Source: a virus. From it: a DNA stretch of 64,000 nucleotides. Below the pieces are notes generated by a model that saw only the letters and a list, made by a program, of their open reading frames with translations, did no database searches and was not told where the DNA came from. The DNA lies in IMG/VR virus record IMGVR_UViG_3300037840_000333, positions 23,121 to 87,120 of that record; one strand, given 5' to 3'. Below, in pieces: positions 44,005 through 53,205 of this stretch (within the stretch, counting starts at the first letter, position 1; every line of letters begins with the position of its first letter). A program made the translations under genes and the position numbers.

Positions 44005-46923
44005 CTAGATCGGGTAGCGGACGGCTACCTGCACGCCCTTCTGGCCGCTGGCGGTCCAGGGCACCGTGCCGTAGGTGCTGCTCGGGCCGTAGGTGATCCC
44101 GGCCGCGGCGGCCACACTGTCGGTCGTCGGGGCCGAGTAGGTCACGCCGGTCAGCACGAGTCCGCCCGACACGCCGGTGTAGGTGAAGGTGTGGACCGTT
44201 CCGCCGGCGAGGATCGTGCCCTGGCCGGCGGTCGGGGCGTTGTTCGGGATGGCCGAGGCGAGGGACAAGAGCGACCCCAGCGAGGCCAGGGTGCCCGGTG
44301 ACCCGTTGAAGCTGGTCGTGGTCCACTCGCCGACCTTGTTGAACGTGATCGTGTTGTTGTTGCCGGTCACGTTCGCCTGCGCCCTGCAGCCGAGCCCGTT
44401 GTCCTCGGCGAGCCCCACGGCGAAGCCGACGTCGGCCGGCGTGATCGGGAGCGTGCCGGTCAGCGTCGTGGCGTTGGACACGCCGTTGCCGCCGGTGCTC
44501 ACCGTGTCGAGCGTGACCTCGCAGTAGCCGTTGTTGATCGACCACCGCGCCACGACCGCCACCGGCAAGGTGCTGTAGCCGGTCAGGGCGATGTTCGACC
44601 AGGTGAAGTAGCTCGGGAAATCGGGGGCCCGCTGGTAGCTGTAGACGTTCGTGTTCTGATCCGGGTCCGCGCCGACGGTGTAGTCGGTGGTCGGGACGAG
44701 GTTGAGGAGCATGTTCAGCGGTGTCGCCGTACCGCCGCCGTTGTAGGTGCCGGTGCTGGTGGTCGGCACCGTGAAGGTGTTGGCGCCGGTGACGGTGATC
44801 GTCCACCGGCCCGCGATGCCGGAGATGCCGGCGGCGAAGCCTTCCAGGTCCACTTGGTCGCCGGTCGTGAACCCGTGGGCCGTGGCGGTCACGGTGGGCG
44901 TGGCCCCGATGGTGACGTTCGTGATCGTCTGCGTCAGCCTCGGGCTGTAGGTGGAGCTCGCCACCACGCCGTACTTGACGATGCCGCCCTCCGCCCACCG
45001 CAGCTTGGTTCCCTTGGCGTATTTCTGGCTGAGGTCAACGAGGGTCGTCATCGCCAGCTCCGTCGCCGACCACCGCAGCCACGGCAGCGGCTCGCTCGTC
45101 CAGCCCGGGGCGATGGGTTGCGCCTGGGGGCCCTTGTCGAAGCGCAGGCGCTCCCGCATCCACAGGGCGAAGGCTCGGTGGGTGTCGCCGCCGGCCGGGT
45201 TGTTGAGATGGTCGGCGGGGTGCAGGTGGTCGCCGGTGAACCCATACGGGTCGGCCGGGCCGCTGGCCGGGTTGGTCGAGACGTCACCAAACCGCTCGTA
45301 CAGGTCGAGCAGGGTGCACGGGGCCGCCACCGCCACCGCGGCGTAGGCGGCCTGCAGCGTGGGCCAACTGGCCGCCGCAAGCTGGCACGGACTCCCGGCC
45401 CGCCACGGGGAGATCAGCACTATCTCGGTCAGGGGGCTCGCCGCTCGGGCCAGGTTCACGATGGTCGTTATGTCGCCTTGAATCTGGCTGACGGTGCGCC
45501 CGATGTTGTTGACGTCGTTGATCCCGACCAGCACGTAGAGACGCCTGGGGAGGATCATGCCCATCAGGGTGTCCCAGCCGACATACGGCGTCCCGCTGCC
45601 GCCGGCCCACTCCTGGGCGGTCGAGCCGCCCTCGGCGATGTTCAGCAGGGCGTGGCCCTGCTCGCCGCTCCCCTGGCTGTAGATGGCCCCGACCACGACG
45701 ACGCCGCCCGCTGCTCCGCTCACCTGGGACACGAACAGGCTCCGGGTGGCCGCCGTGCCGAAATCGCCGGTGTCCACGATGACGTAGCCGCTGCTCCCGG
45801 CCGAGACGGTGGTCGGGCTGCTGTAGTTGAACTGGTAGCTGTCGCCCGTCACCGGGCCGGTGCCTCCGCCGGCCAGGTTGACCGTCACGACGTTGTCGGT
45901 CACGTCGGTGATCGGGGCGCCGCCGGTGATCCCGGTGCCCTGGCACACCTGTCCGATCTGCAGGCCGGTCACGTCGGCCAGGGCAATCGTCCACAGCGTC
46001 CCGCTCGGGTTCGCCACCGCGCCGGCCTGGTAGTTCGCCACGCCGGCGGACACCGTGAAGGTGGCGCCGGTCGTCTGCCGGGCGACGATGACCCAGGCTC
46101 GCCGGAACTGACGGGTATCCCACACGCTGCCACCGCTCGTGTTCACGCTCACGTAGGGCTGGGGCCCGATGGTCGTCGTCGCGGAGCCCGGGTTGCTCCA
46201 CGGCGTTCCCGGCCACAGCCAGAACGGGCTCTGGCAGGGGTGGAAGCCGCGGCCGTTGTCGATCAGCCCGGCGTCCCGGTTCTCCCAGTTGGACAGCGTG
46301 CTCGACCAGTCGGTCAGCCCGATGCCCGAGGTCGCTCGGTTCGGGTCGGACACGCCCTGGCCGAAGGCAATCGAGTCGCCGATCACCATGTCCACGACCA
46401 TGCTGCCGATGGTGCTCGGCGGGTAGCCCTCCATCACCACCGGCCTCGCCGTGGCGCCCTGGGAGGTGCCGTCCTGGAACGTCGCCGCCGTCACGAAGGC
46501 ATTGCTGACGATGCTCCCTGGTGGACCTGGGGCTCCCGGTGCGCCCGGTGCTCCCGGCGCTCCTGGTGGGCCGGGGGCATAGGTGGTCGGCGTGCTCGGG
46601 TTGAGCCGCTGGGCGCTCGCCAGGTCGAGGGTGCCGCCCGGGGCGGCGTGGGGCACGGCGATGTAGTAGATGTTCGGCGGGCCCGTGCCGAAGTACTCGC
46701 TCACCATGTAGGCCGCGCCGTCCGGCAAGGTGGTCGGGTCGTCGGTGGCGAACAGCTCGACCGACAGCGCACCGTCCACCAGCTCGACGGCTACTGGGAG
46801 GTCAGCGATGAACTGGCCGGGCTCCCGCAGGGGCTCGGTGAGCTGGAAACTGACGATGCCCTCGGCCGGGTCGCCGTCCGACGTCTCGTAGTTGGCCGTG
46901 ACCGTGATCGGGGTGAACGGCAT
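44005..46923 (-). CDS. Fibre/spike protein with collagen repeats and SGNH hydrolase
   Basis: (GXP)n; IGDSIAFG, NIAEGG, VGIND, DHLHP. Confidence 0.8.
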   Translation of the reverse strand: MPFTPITVTANYETSDGDPAEGIVSFQLTEPLREPGQFIADLPVAVELVDGALSVELFATDDPTTLPDGAAYMVSEYFGTGPPNIYYIAVPHAAPGGTLDLASAQRLNPSTPTTYAPGPPGAPGAPGAPGAPGPPGSIVSNAFVTAATFQDGTSQGATARPVVMEGYPPSTIGSMVVDMVIGDSIAFGQGVSDPNRATSGIGLTDWSSTLSNWENRDAGLIDNGRGFHPCQSPFWLWPGTPWSNPGSATTTIGPQPYVSVNTSGGSVWDTRQFRRAWVIVARQTTGATFTVSAGVANYQAGAVANPSGTLWTIALADVTGLQIGQVCQGTGITGGAPITDVTDNVVTVNLAGGGTGPVTGDSYQFNYSSPTTVSAGSSGYVIVDTGDFGTAATRSLFVSQVSGAAGGVVVVGAIYSQGSGEQGHALLNIAEGGSTAQEWAGGSGTPYVGWDTLMGMILPRRLYVLVGINDVNNIGRTVSQIQGDITTIVNLARAASPLTEIVLISPWRAGSPCQLAAASWPTLQAAYAAVAVAAPCTLLDLYERFGDVSTNPASGPADPYGFTGDHLHPADHLNNPAGGDTHRAFALWMRERLRFDKGPQAQPIAPGWTSEPLPWLRWSATELAMTTLVDLSQKYAKGTKLRWAEGGIVKYGVVASSTYSPRLTQTITNVTIGATPTVTATAHGFTTGDQVDLEGFAAGISGIAGRWTITVTGANTFTVPTTSTGTYNGGGTATPLNMLLNLVPTTDYTVGADPDQNTNVYSYQRAPDFPSYFTWSNIALTGYSTLPVAVVARWSINNGYCEVTLDTVSTGGNGVSNATTLTGTLPITPADVGFAVGLAEDNGLGCRAQANVTGNNNTITFNKVGEWTTTSFNGSPGTLASLGSLLSLASAIPNNAPTAGQGTILAGGTVHTFTYTGVSGGLVLTGVTYSAPTTDSVAAAAGITYGPSSTYGTVPWTASGQKGVQVAVRYPI

Positions 46924-46985
46924 CTAGCTCCTCGCTGGCCCGGTCATGGGCTGAGTGTAGGGCCTGCCGGTTCGGCGGTTGAGGA

Positions 46986-49697
46986 CTAGCTGATGGTCAC
47001 GACGCTGGTGTCGAGGCTGCCCAGCGGGTACGGCGTCGGCCCGTAGTAGTTCCAGTCGGCGTTCTTGCCCGAGTCGCTGGTGGACGGGATGCTCGTGACC
47101 GGCTTGCTGAACGGGGTCGGGCTGCACTTGTAGGTCACGCCGGCATAGCCGACGTAGTCGTTGCCGTGGTAGGTGACCGAGCTGCTCCACGCAATCGAGC
47201 CGGGCAGCGGTGTCCCGTTGTCGTTCTGCCCGTCGCCCTGGACGCAGGCCACGCCGTCGAGGGTGCAGGTGTGCAGCGTCAGGTGGGCGCCGGCGACGCC
47301 GAAGGCCACCTGCAGCTCGCCCTCCACCGTCGCCTCCTGCACCACCCACGCCGGTCCCGGGCTGCCGGCTCCCGCCTGGGTGTGGAACGCCACGTTGTTG
47401 AAGGTCACCTGAGCGCCTCCGTCGAGCCAGATCCCGGCCGGCGGGAAGGTCGGCGCTCGCACGATGTAGATGGTCCCGCCGTTGACCGTCACCAGTTTCT
47501 GGCTCACGCCGGCGCTGGCGTGGACCGTGAAGTACCGGCCCTGGCCCGCCTGGCCCAGCACGAGGTTCGTGAAGTTGATCGGGCCGGCCAGCGGGCTCGT
47601 GAAATCGATCCCGGCGTCCAGGCAGGTGAAGTTGTCCACGTCCACCCAGCCGCAGCCGCCCGAGGTGTCCGACTGCCAGTTCATGGCCTGCTCGGTCGGG
47701 TTGATGATGGTGATGTTCTGCAGTACGCAGTGGGTGCCGGTGACGCCTTGCAGCACGCCCGGTGTGATGCCCTGGCGGCCGGCCGTGTCGCCGGTGAAGC
47801 CGTTGAGGTTGACGAACGACGGCGTTCCCAGCACTTGGTCGTTCCCGAAGGTGATGCTGTCGCCGCAGGTGTCGAGCGCCGAGCAGTTGAGCATGGTCAC
47901 CGGGGACGTCGGGGTGCCCGAGGAGTCGATCTGGAATCCGGCCTGGGCCACCACCGGGGCCTGGTAGCCGGTCTGGCCTCGGTTGCCGCCGATGCTGTTG
48001 ATGTTGCTCAGGGTGACGCCATTGGCGTCCTGCACCCGGACCAGCGGCTTCGGCCCTAGCTCGCCGGCTCGGCCGTGGGGTGATCCCGGCTGGGCGGCGA
48101 ACTTGGTATGCGTGATGACGTTGAACTTGACCGGGCCGGCCACGAGCCCGGTGATGCTCGCTCCTCCGGTCGGCGTCAGGGTGATCGTGTTCGTGGCCGT
48201 GTCCACCGCCGTGATGACGACCTCGCCGGCTCCGGAGTGGATCCCGGGTCCACCGATGTACTGGATGGCCTCGACCAGCCCGCTCGAGGACGGGATGGAG
48301 AAGGGGATCGGGAGGATGCTCACCAGGTCGGCAAGCTGCAGTTGATTCGGGGCCGGGACGGCGACCGCCGTGACCTGGCCGAGATAGGGGTTGGTGAACG
48401 TGGCGTTCTGGATGGTGACGTTGGGATTGGTGATCCAGATGCCGCCCGGCGTCAGGTAGGTCTGGCCTCCTCCGTCCCATACCGTGCCGGCGCTGTTCCA
48501 GCCGTGGGCGCTCGGGGTGATGTTGGCGATATAGCCGCTCGGGTCCGGCTGCACCGCGCCGCTGGGCACGGTCAGCGTGAAGTCCTGGATCACGTCGGCG
48601 TCGATGCCGTTGTGGGCGGTGAGCACGAGGTTGTAGGTGCCGCCGGCCGTGGTCGTCCCGATGATGAGCAGGTTCCCGTTGCCGTAGGGCGTGTACGTCA
48701 GCCCGGCGGGCAGGGCGCTCCCGCCCTCGGTGAAGCTGATCGTCCCGTTGCCGGCCGCCGACACCAGGAACGCTCCGTGGACGCCGTTGCCGAACGTGGT
48801 GCTGGCCGCGGTGGTGAAGGCCAGCGTCGAGGCCACGTTGAACTGCACGGCCTGGTTGGCGGTGCCGCCGCTGTTCGTGGCCGTGATGGCGACGCTGTAG
48901 CTGCCCGGGGTCGTGGGCGTCCCGGTCAGCGCGCCGGTGGTGCCGTTCAGGGAAACGCCGGGCGGCAGGGTGCCGATGGTGAAGGCGTAGGTCGGGGCCG
49001 GGTTGCCGGCGGCGCTCAGCGCCACGTTGCTCAACGCCGTGCCCTCAGTGAAGTTGAACGTACTCGGGCTCGTCATCGTCGGCGGCGTCGTGTTGCTGTT
49101 CACGATCACGATGAACGGCTGGGTCACGGTGCCGAACCCATTGTTGGCCTGCAGGGTGAAGCTGTACGTTCCGCTGGCACTCGGTGTCCCGGTCAGCACC
49201 CAGGCGAATCGCTGCACCAGCGTGATCCCGGGCGGCAGGCTCCCGCTGATGACGCTGACGGTCGGGTAGGGCGAGCCGGTGTTACCGATCACGAACTGCT
49301 GGGGGATGCCCTGGGTGCACGCCCACGCCGGCGCCGTGGTGAACGTGGGCGGGGTCGTCGCCGGCAGCACCGCGAGGGCGATGGGCTGCGTAACGGAGCT
49401 GACGACGTTCGTGGCGGTGACCGACGTGGCGACGTTGCCGGCCTGGGTCGGCGTGCCGGCGATGCTCCCGGTGCCGTCGCCGTTGTCGGTGAAGGTGAGC
49501 CCCGGGGCCAGGGCGCTCGCCGTTAGCGTCGCGGTCGGCTTCCCGGTGGTCTGCACCGTGGCGTCCGCCGGCGTCCCGACCGTGAACACGAACACATTGG
49601 CCGACTGGAAGCCTGGGGCGAACTGCTGGGCGGGGGGCGGCGCTCCGCTCGGGCTCAGCGTCGCGCGCCGGGCGACGGGCAGGCCGGCCGGGCTCAT
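46986..49697 (-). CDS. Ig (He_PIG) repeat + beta-helix + CBM5/12-like protein
   Basis: Four LPPG.T....G.L.GTPT..G.Y Ig units; GDSI/GRQGI parallel beta-helix; AWSSSVTY..NDYVGYAGVTYKC. Confidence 0.8.
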   Translation of the reverse strand: MSPAGLPVARRATLSPSGAPPPAQQFAPGFQSANVFVFTVGTPADATVQTTGKPTATLTASALAPGLTFTDNGDGTGSIAGTPTQAGNVATSVTATNVVSSVTQPIALAVLPATTPPTFTTAPAWACTQGIPQQFVIGNTGSPYPTVSVISGSLPPGITLVQRFAWVLTGTPSASGTYSFTLQANNGFGTVTQPFIVIVNSNTTPPTMTSPSTFNFTEGTALSNVALSAAGNPAPTYAFTIGTLPPGVSLNGTTGALTGTPTTPGSYSVAITATNSGGTANQAVQFNVASTLAFTTAASTTFGNGVHGAFLVSAAGNGTISFTEGGSALPAGLTYTPYGNGNLLIIGTTTAGGTYNLVLTAHNGIDADVIQDFTLTVPSGAVQPDPSGYIANITPSAHGWNSAGTVWDGGGQTYLTPGGIWITNPNVTIQNATFTNPYLGQVTAVAVPAPNQLQLADLVSILPIPFSIPSSSGLVEAIQYIGGPGIHSGAGEVVITAVDTATNTITLTPTGGASITGLVAGPVKFNVITHTKFAAQPGSPHGRAGELGPKPLVRVQDANGVTLSNINSIGGNRGQTGYQAPVVAQAGFQIDSSGTPTSPVTMLNCSALDTCGDSITFGNDQVLGTPSFVNLNGFTGDTAGRQGITPGVLQGVTGTHCVLQNITIINPTEQAMNWQSDTSGGCGWVDVDNFTCLDAGIDFTSPLAGPINFTNLVLGQAGQGRYFTVHASAGVSQKLVTVNGGTIYIVRAPTFPPAGIWLDGGAQVTFNNVAFHTQAGAGSPGPAWVVQEATVEGELQVAFGVAGAHLTLHTCTLDGVACVQGDGQNDNGTPLPGSIAWSSSVTYHGNDYVGYAGVTYKCSPTPFSKPVTSIPSTSDSGKNADWNYYGPTPYPLGSLDTSVVTIS

Positions 49698-50050
49698 GGC
49701 GTCAGGTCTCCGCTCGCCACCCACACGTCCTGGGCGCTCGGGCTCACGACGATGCCGATGGTCGAGTACTGCGCTCGGGTGCTCAGGCCATTCGGGCTCA
49801 CGACGGTCACGCCGGTGTCGCCTTGGATCGTGACCTCGCCGGTGCCCATCTGCCGCAGGATAACGGTGCTCGCCGTCGGGAACGGGACATTGGCGAAGGT
49901 GGGCACCGTCACGGTGACGTCGGTGGACGCGTTGAACTCGATTTCGGTGCCGGCGTCGGTCAGGGCGAGGGTGTAGGCCGTCCCGCTCTGCTGGGTGATG
50001 GTGCCCGCGAGCAGGGCGATGATCTTGCCGGCAATGTCGGTCGGGTTCAC
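49694..50050 (-). CDS. Small fibre-tip-domain protein, paralogue of next gene
   Basis: QQSGTAYTLALTDAG..WVASGDLTP; GTGA overlap. Confidence 0.7.
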   Translation of the reverse strand: MNPTDIAGKIIALLAGTITQQSGTAYTLALTDAGTEIEFNASTDVTVTVPTFANVPFPTASTVILRQMGTGEVTIQGDTGVTVVSPNGLSTRAQYSTIGIVVSPSAQDVWVASGDLTP

Positions 50051-50745
50051 GGGGTCAGGTCTCCACTGGCGACCCAAACGTCCTGGGCGACGGAGCTGGC
50101 GATGACGGCGATGGTCGAGTACTGCGCTCGGGTCGCCAACCCGTTCGGGCTGTTCACGGTCACGCCGGTGTCGCCGATCACGTTGACCTGGCCGGCGCCC
50201 ATCGCCCGCAGGATGATGGTGCTCCCGGGTGGGAACGGCGCGTTGACGAACTTGGGCACGGTCACGGTGATGTTGCCGCTCCCGTCGCCGGCGCTGGTGA
50301 ACTCGATCTCGGTCCCGGCGTCGCTGAGCAGGAGCGTGTAGCTGGTCCCGCTCTGCTGGGTGATGGTGATCGGCTGGGTGTAGCTCGGCGGTCCGCCCGC
50401 TCCGGGCGAGCCTCCGATGCCCTTGGCGAAGATGGTGTAGATCCCGTTCGCCCGCATGACGGCCAGCGCGCCGCCGAGGTCGCCGTCCGATACCGCATCG
50501 ACCACGGCCGCCTCGGCGTACTGCGCCTGCCAGTAGGGCCAGCTCGGGGCCGCGGCCCAAAACGCAGCCGCCAGCGCGGCCAGCTCAAACGCGTCCGCTC
50601 CTACCCGGGCCCAGCGGTCGCCCGGGAACAGGTTGGCGGGCTCGGATGCGACGGTCAACGGATCGCCCATCCGCTCGCCGTACACCTGGCCACGGGGTCC
50701 TCTCGTCGCCGGCCTTGTCGCAAGCTGGCCTCCTCGGCTCCGCAC
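50047..50745 (-). CDS. Protein with C-terminal fibre-tip domain
   Basis: QQSGTSYTLLLSDAG..WVASGDLTP; TACACT 7 nt before GTG (ATG 50670 is an alternative start). Confidence 0.7.
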   Translation of the reverse strand: MRSRGGQLATRPATRGPRGQVYGERMGDPLTVASEPANLFPGDRWARVGADAFELAALAAAFWAAAPSWPYWQAQYAEAAVVDAVSDGDLGGALAVMRANGIYTIFAKGIGGSPGAGGPPSYTQPITITQQSGTSYTLLLSDAGTEIEFTSAGDGSGNITVTVPKFVNAPFPPGSTIILRAMGAGQVNVIGDTGVTVNSPNGLATRAQYSTIAVIASSVAQDVWVASGDLTP

Positions 50746-50767
50746 CGGCCCGAGTGTAGCGAGCGCG

Positions 50768-51247
50768 CTAGAAGCGGCCTGTGATGGCCCCTGTGCCGGC
50801 CCGGCGCACTTGGCTCACGGTCGCGCCGCAAAGCGTACAGCGGGGCCCTGAGCGTTGCCTGGGCGGGTGTACGCAGTCCCTGGGGTTGGGCCGGGGCCGG
50901 GTTGGCGGTCTCGGGCCGCCGACGACCATCGGGTCCGCTTTCCGGCGCTCGTCGCGGATGGCTCGGGCGTCGGCTCGCACCCGGGCCTCGTACTCCTCGA
51001 CGGTCTCGCCTTCGGGCTCCTGGGCGACCTCATCGAACTCGACGCCGGCCAGCGCCAGGCGCTCCCGCTCCTCGTGCAGCTCGACGGCGCTGTCGAGCAC
51101 GGCGCGCTCCCAATCGGACTCGGCCAGCCCGCAGTCGTCCGCCGCCCGCTGGATGCGCGTCTTCAGCGTCTTGCTGCACCGGAGCTGTATGCGCTCGGTG
51201 AACGGCTGATGGTCCGCCAGGACCTCGCGGGCGCTGCGCTCAGCCAT
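50768..51247 (-). CDS. Ribbon-helix-helix DNA-binding protein with C-terminal Zn finger
   Basis: RIQLRCSKTLKTRIQRAADDCGLAESDWER; CVHP..CTLCG. Confidence 0.6.
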   Translation of the reverse strand: MAERSAREVLADHQPFTERIQLRCSKTLKTRIQRAADDCGLAESDWERAVLDSAVELHEERERLALAGVEFDEVAQEPEGETVEEYEARVRADARAIRDERRKADPMVVGGPRPPTRPRPNPRDCVHPPRQRSGPRCTLCGATVSQVRRAGTGAITGRF

Positions 51248-51536
51248 GCCGGTTCTGCGCTCGGGCTCGGGCGACCCGGGCTCGCTGCTCGGCTTTCACC
51301 GCTCGATTCCATGGCGCCTTGGTCGCCGGACCGGCCGGCTTCCCTCGGAGTCCTGGCTGGCGGTGCCGCCGGCGGTAAATGGCTCGCTCGGTGCTCGGCT
51401 GTAGGCGCCCGATGTGGCTCGGCGGCGTGGCGACGTTCCGGGGCCGGCTGAGGATGGCGAGCGCCCGCCGGTCGGCTTCGGCCTGCTTCGCCTCTCGGAT
51501 GCGGGCGTTGCGCCCTCGGATGGTGGTGGTGGTCAT
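51240..51536 (-). CDS. Basic Arg-rich protein
   Basis: Leaderless TAGCGT 6 nt before ATG. Confidence 0.5.
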   Translation of the reverse strand: MTTTTIRGRNARIREAKQAEADRRALAILSRPRNVATPPSHIGRLQPSTERAIYRRRHRQPGLRGKPAGPATKAPWNRAVKAEQRARVARARAQNRHG

Positions 51537-51564
51537 GCCGCCACGCTAGCGGACGGCCCGGAAA

Positions 51565-51715
51565 CTTCAAGATCCCCGGCCGGTGGGCTCGGGGCTCTTG
51601 TGAGGCTTGCGGCCTCGGGTGTTCTGGCGATGGTCCCGGTGGGGTTGCAATGACCCTGCACACATCGGGTAGGGGTGCGCCGTTCTCTGGCCCCACCGGG
51701 TGGTGTTGGCGCTCT
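51565..51715 (-). ncRNA. Candidate structured ncRNA D (~150 nt)
   Basis: -10 TAGCCT 51722-51727; perfect 10-bp stem 51635-51644/51691-51700; two further hairpins. Confidence 0.4.
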
Positions 51716-51724
51716 CGGGGGAGG

Positions 51725-52195
51725 CTAGCTGGCCTCCCTGTGGCGCTCCACCAGCAGGTCGATGACCTCTCGCCGGGTGTGCCGCCAGTTGATGAACGGG
51801 CCGTTCGGTCCCTCGCCGCGCCACTGGCCGCTGAAGTAGATGTGGACCACGAGCCCTGGGCCGGCAACCTCATCCAGCCGGGCCGCCTCCTCCAACGCCA
51901 GCCAGTCCACGAGGTCGTCGCCGGGGGCGAAGGCTTCGCGGCTGGTGGCCGGGCGGCTGGCGGTCCGCACGGTGACGGTCCGGGTGCCGATTTCCGCCTT
52001 GGCGTTCCGGGGCACGTCGCCGTCGGTCCGCTTCACCAGCTTGCTCAGCAGGCGCAGGCGCCGCAGCGCCTCGGTCTTGGTGAAGGTCCCGAACTCGGGC
52101 ACCGCGACCGCCGGCCAGTGCGGCTCGGGGGTCGGCGCCGTCTCCTCGGGGTCGGGGGCGTCGAGGGCTGCGAATGTTAGCTGGCGGGCGCTCAT
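51725..52195 (-). CDS. Hypothetical protein
   Basis: ATGA coupling. Confidence 0.55.
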   Translation of the reverse strand: MSARQLTFAALDAPDPEETAPTPEPHWPAVAVPEFGTFTKTEALRRLRLLSKLVKRTDGDVPRNAKAEIGTRTVTVRTASRPATSREAFAPGDDLVDWLALEEAARLDEVAGPGLVVHIYFSGQWRGEGPNGPFINWRHTRREVIDLLVERHREAS

Positions 52196-52452
52196 CGCAC
52201 GACCTCGTCCTCGACCATGTCGAAGATGAACTGATCGAAGTGGCCGCGGTTGCGGAGCCGGCGGTCCTCGGCGCGGACGGTGGCCTCCGAGTCGGAGCCA
52301 CGGATGATGACGATGCGCCGGGGGAGACCGGGGATGCCTTCCATCGGCAAGCCACGGGTGGGCTCGGCGACGCGGGCCAAGATGAACCTGCTGGTCCGGG
52401 TGGTCCGCTTCACGGTGCCGTCGGGGGCGGTGATTTCGCGTGTGCTGTTCAT
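52192..52452 (-). CDS. Hypothetical protein
   Basis: Leaderless start after promoter copy 4. Confidence 0.6.
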   Translation of the reverse strand: MNSTREITAPDGTVKRTTRTSRFILARVAEPTRGLPMEGIPGLPRRIVIIRGSDSEATVRAEDRRLRNRGHFDQFIFDMVEDEVVR

Positions 52453-52459
52453 GTGTCGA

Positions 52460-52498
52460 AGTCTACGCTCTCCGCCGGCGGATTGCTAGCGTTTGGCG
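52460..52498 (-). promoter_or_regulatory. Conserved promoter copy 4
   Basis: CCAAACGC-TAGCAA-17 nt-TAGACT. Confidence 0.8.
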
Positions 52499-52613
52499 CA
52501 CATTTCCTCGGCCGGGCGCGCAGCAGCCCTGGGGCCAACGAGGGGCAACAGGTTGGGGCTCCCAGGGCTGCTGAACACTCGCCGTGCGGCGAGCTGGTGG
52601 TGCCTCGTCCGGG

Positions 52614-52940
52614 TTACTTGTGGACGGGTGTCCCTGGCACGAGTCCGATGCCGGTGGCGGGGCTGGTGGTCACGTCAACGGCCAAGGTGGCCGTCACTGG
52701 CGCGGCGTTCAGCGTTCCGGTCACCGTCACCACGGTTCCGACAGCCTCGGGTCCCTCGGCGGTCACCTGGACCGCGGACTGGTCGGCGCTGACCACTGCG
52801 GTCAGGATCGTGGCGTCCGAGACGGAAGCTGCGGCGCTACCCGCGTCGAGGCTGACACCGGGGACGCTGTTGCCGGCGTCGTCGGTGGCCTGGATCGCCA
52901 CGGGTACGGTCTGATCGTCCTGCAATACGAAGTCAGGCAC
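52614..52940 (-). CDS. Small Ig-like protein
   Basis: SD AAAGGA; all-beta pattern DDAGN..SVSDATILT. Confidence 0.65.
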   Translation of the reverse strand: MPDFVLQDDQTVPVAIQATDDAGNSVPGVSLDAGSAAASVSDATILTAVVSADQSAVQVTAEGPEAVGTVVTVTGTLNAAPVTATLAVDVTTSPATGIGLVPGTPVHK

Positions 52941-52958
52941 GGCGGGTTTGTCCTTTCG

Positions 52959-53159
52959 CTACTTGTGCCGGGGCGTTCCTGGCACGAGCTTGATGCGTGT
53001 GGCCGGCGGCGTGGTCATTTCCAGTCGGATCGCCCCGGTCGCGTCAACGATGAGCCCACCGCTGACGGTGACCGGGATGCCTTCAGGGAAGTGGTGGTAC
53101 ACGTCCACCCGGATGCGTTGTGCCGCCCCGGGGTCCGTGACCTCCTCGTCGCCGTCCAC
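52959..53159 (-). CDS. Small protein sharing its C-terminus with the next gene
   Basis: Leaderless TAGGGT; PATRIKLVPGTPRHK. Confidence 0.55.
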   Translation of the reverse strand: MDGDEEVTDPGAAQRIRVDVYHHFPEGIPVTVSGGLIVDATGAIRLEMTTPPATRIKLVPGTPRHK

Positions 53160-53205
53160 GCGCCGGACCCTAGCAGGTGGGGGCCCGGCGCGTGGGGCGT
53201 TGTGC

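Noticed and set aside
49694-50370. Template/variable repeat pair of a diversity-generating retroelement
   Set aside because: Differences include indels and are not adenine-specific, both copies are coding, and there is no reverse transcriptase in the window
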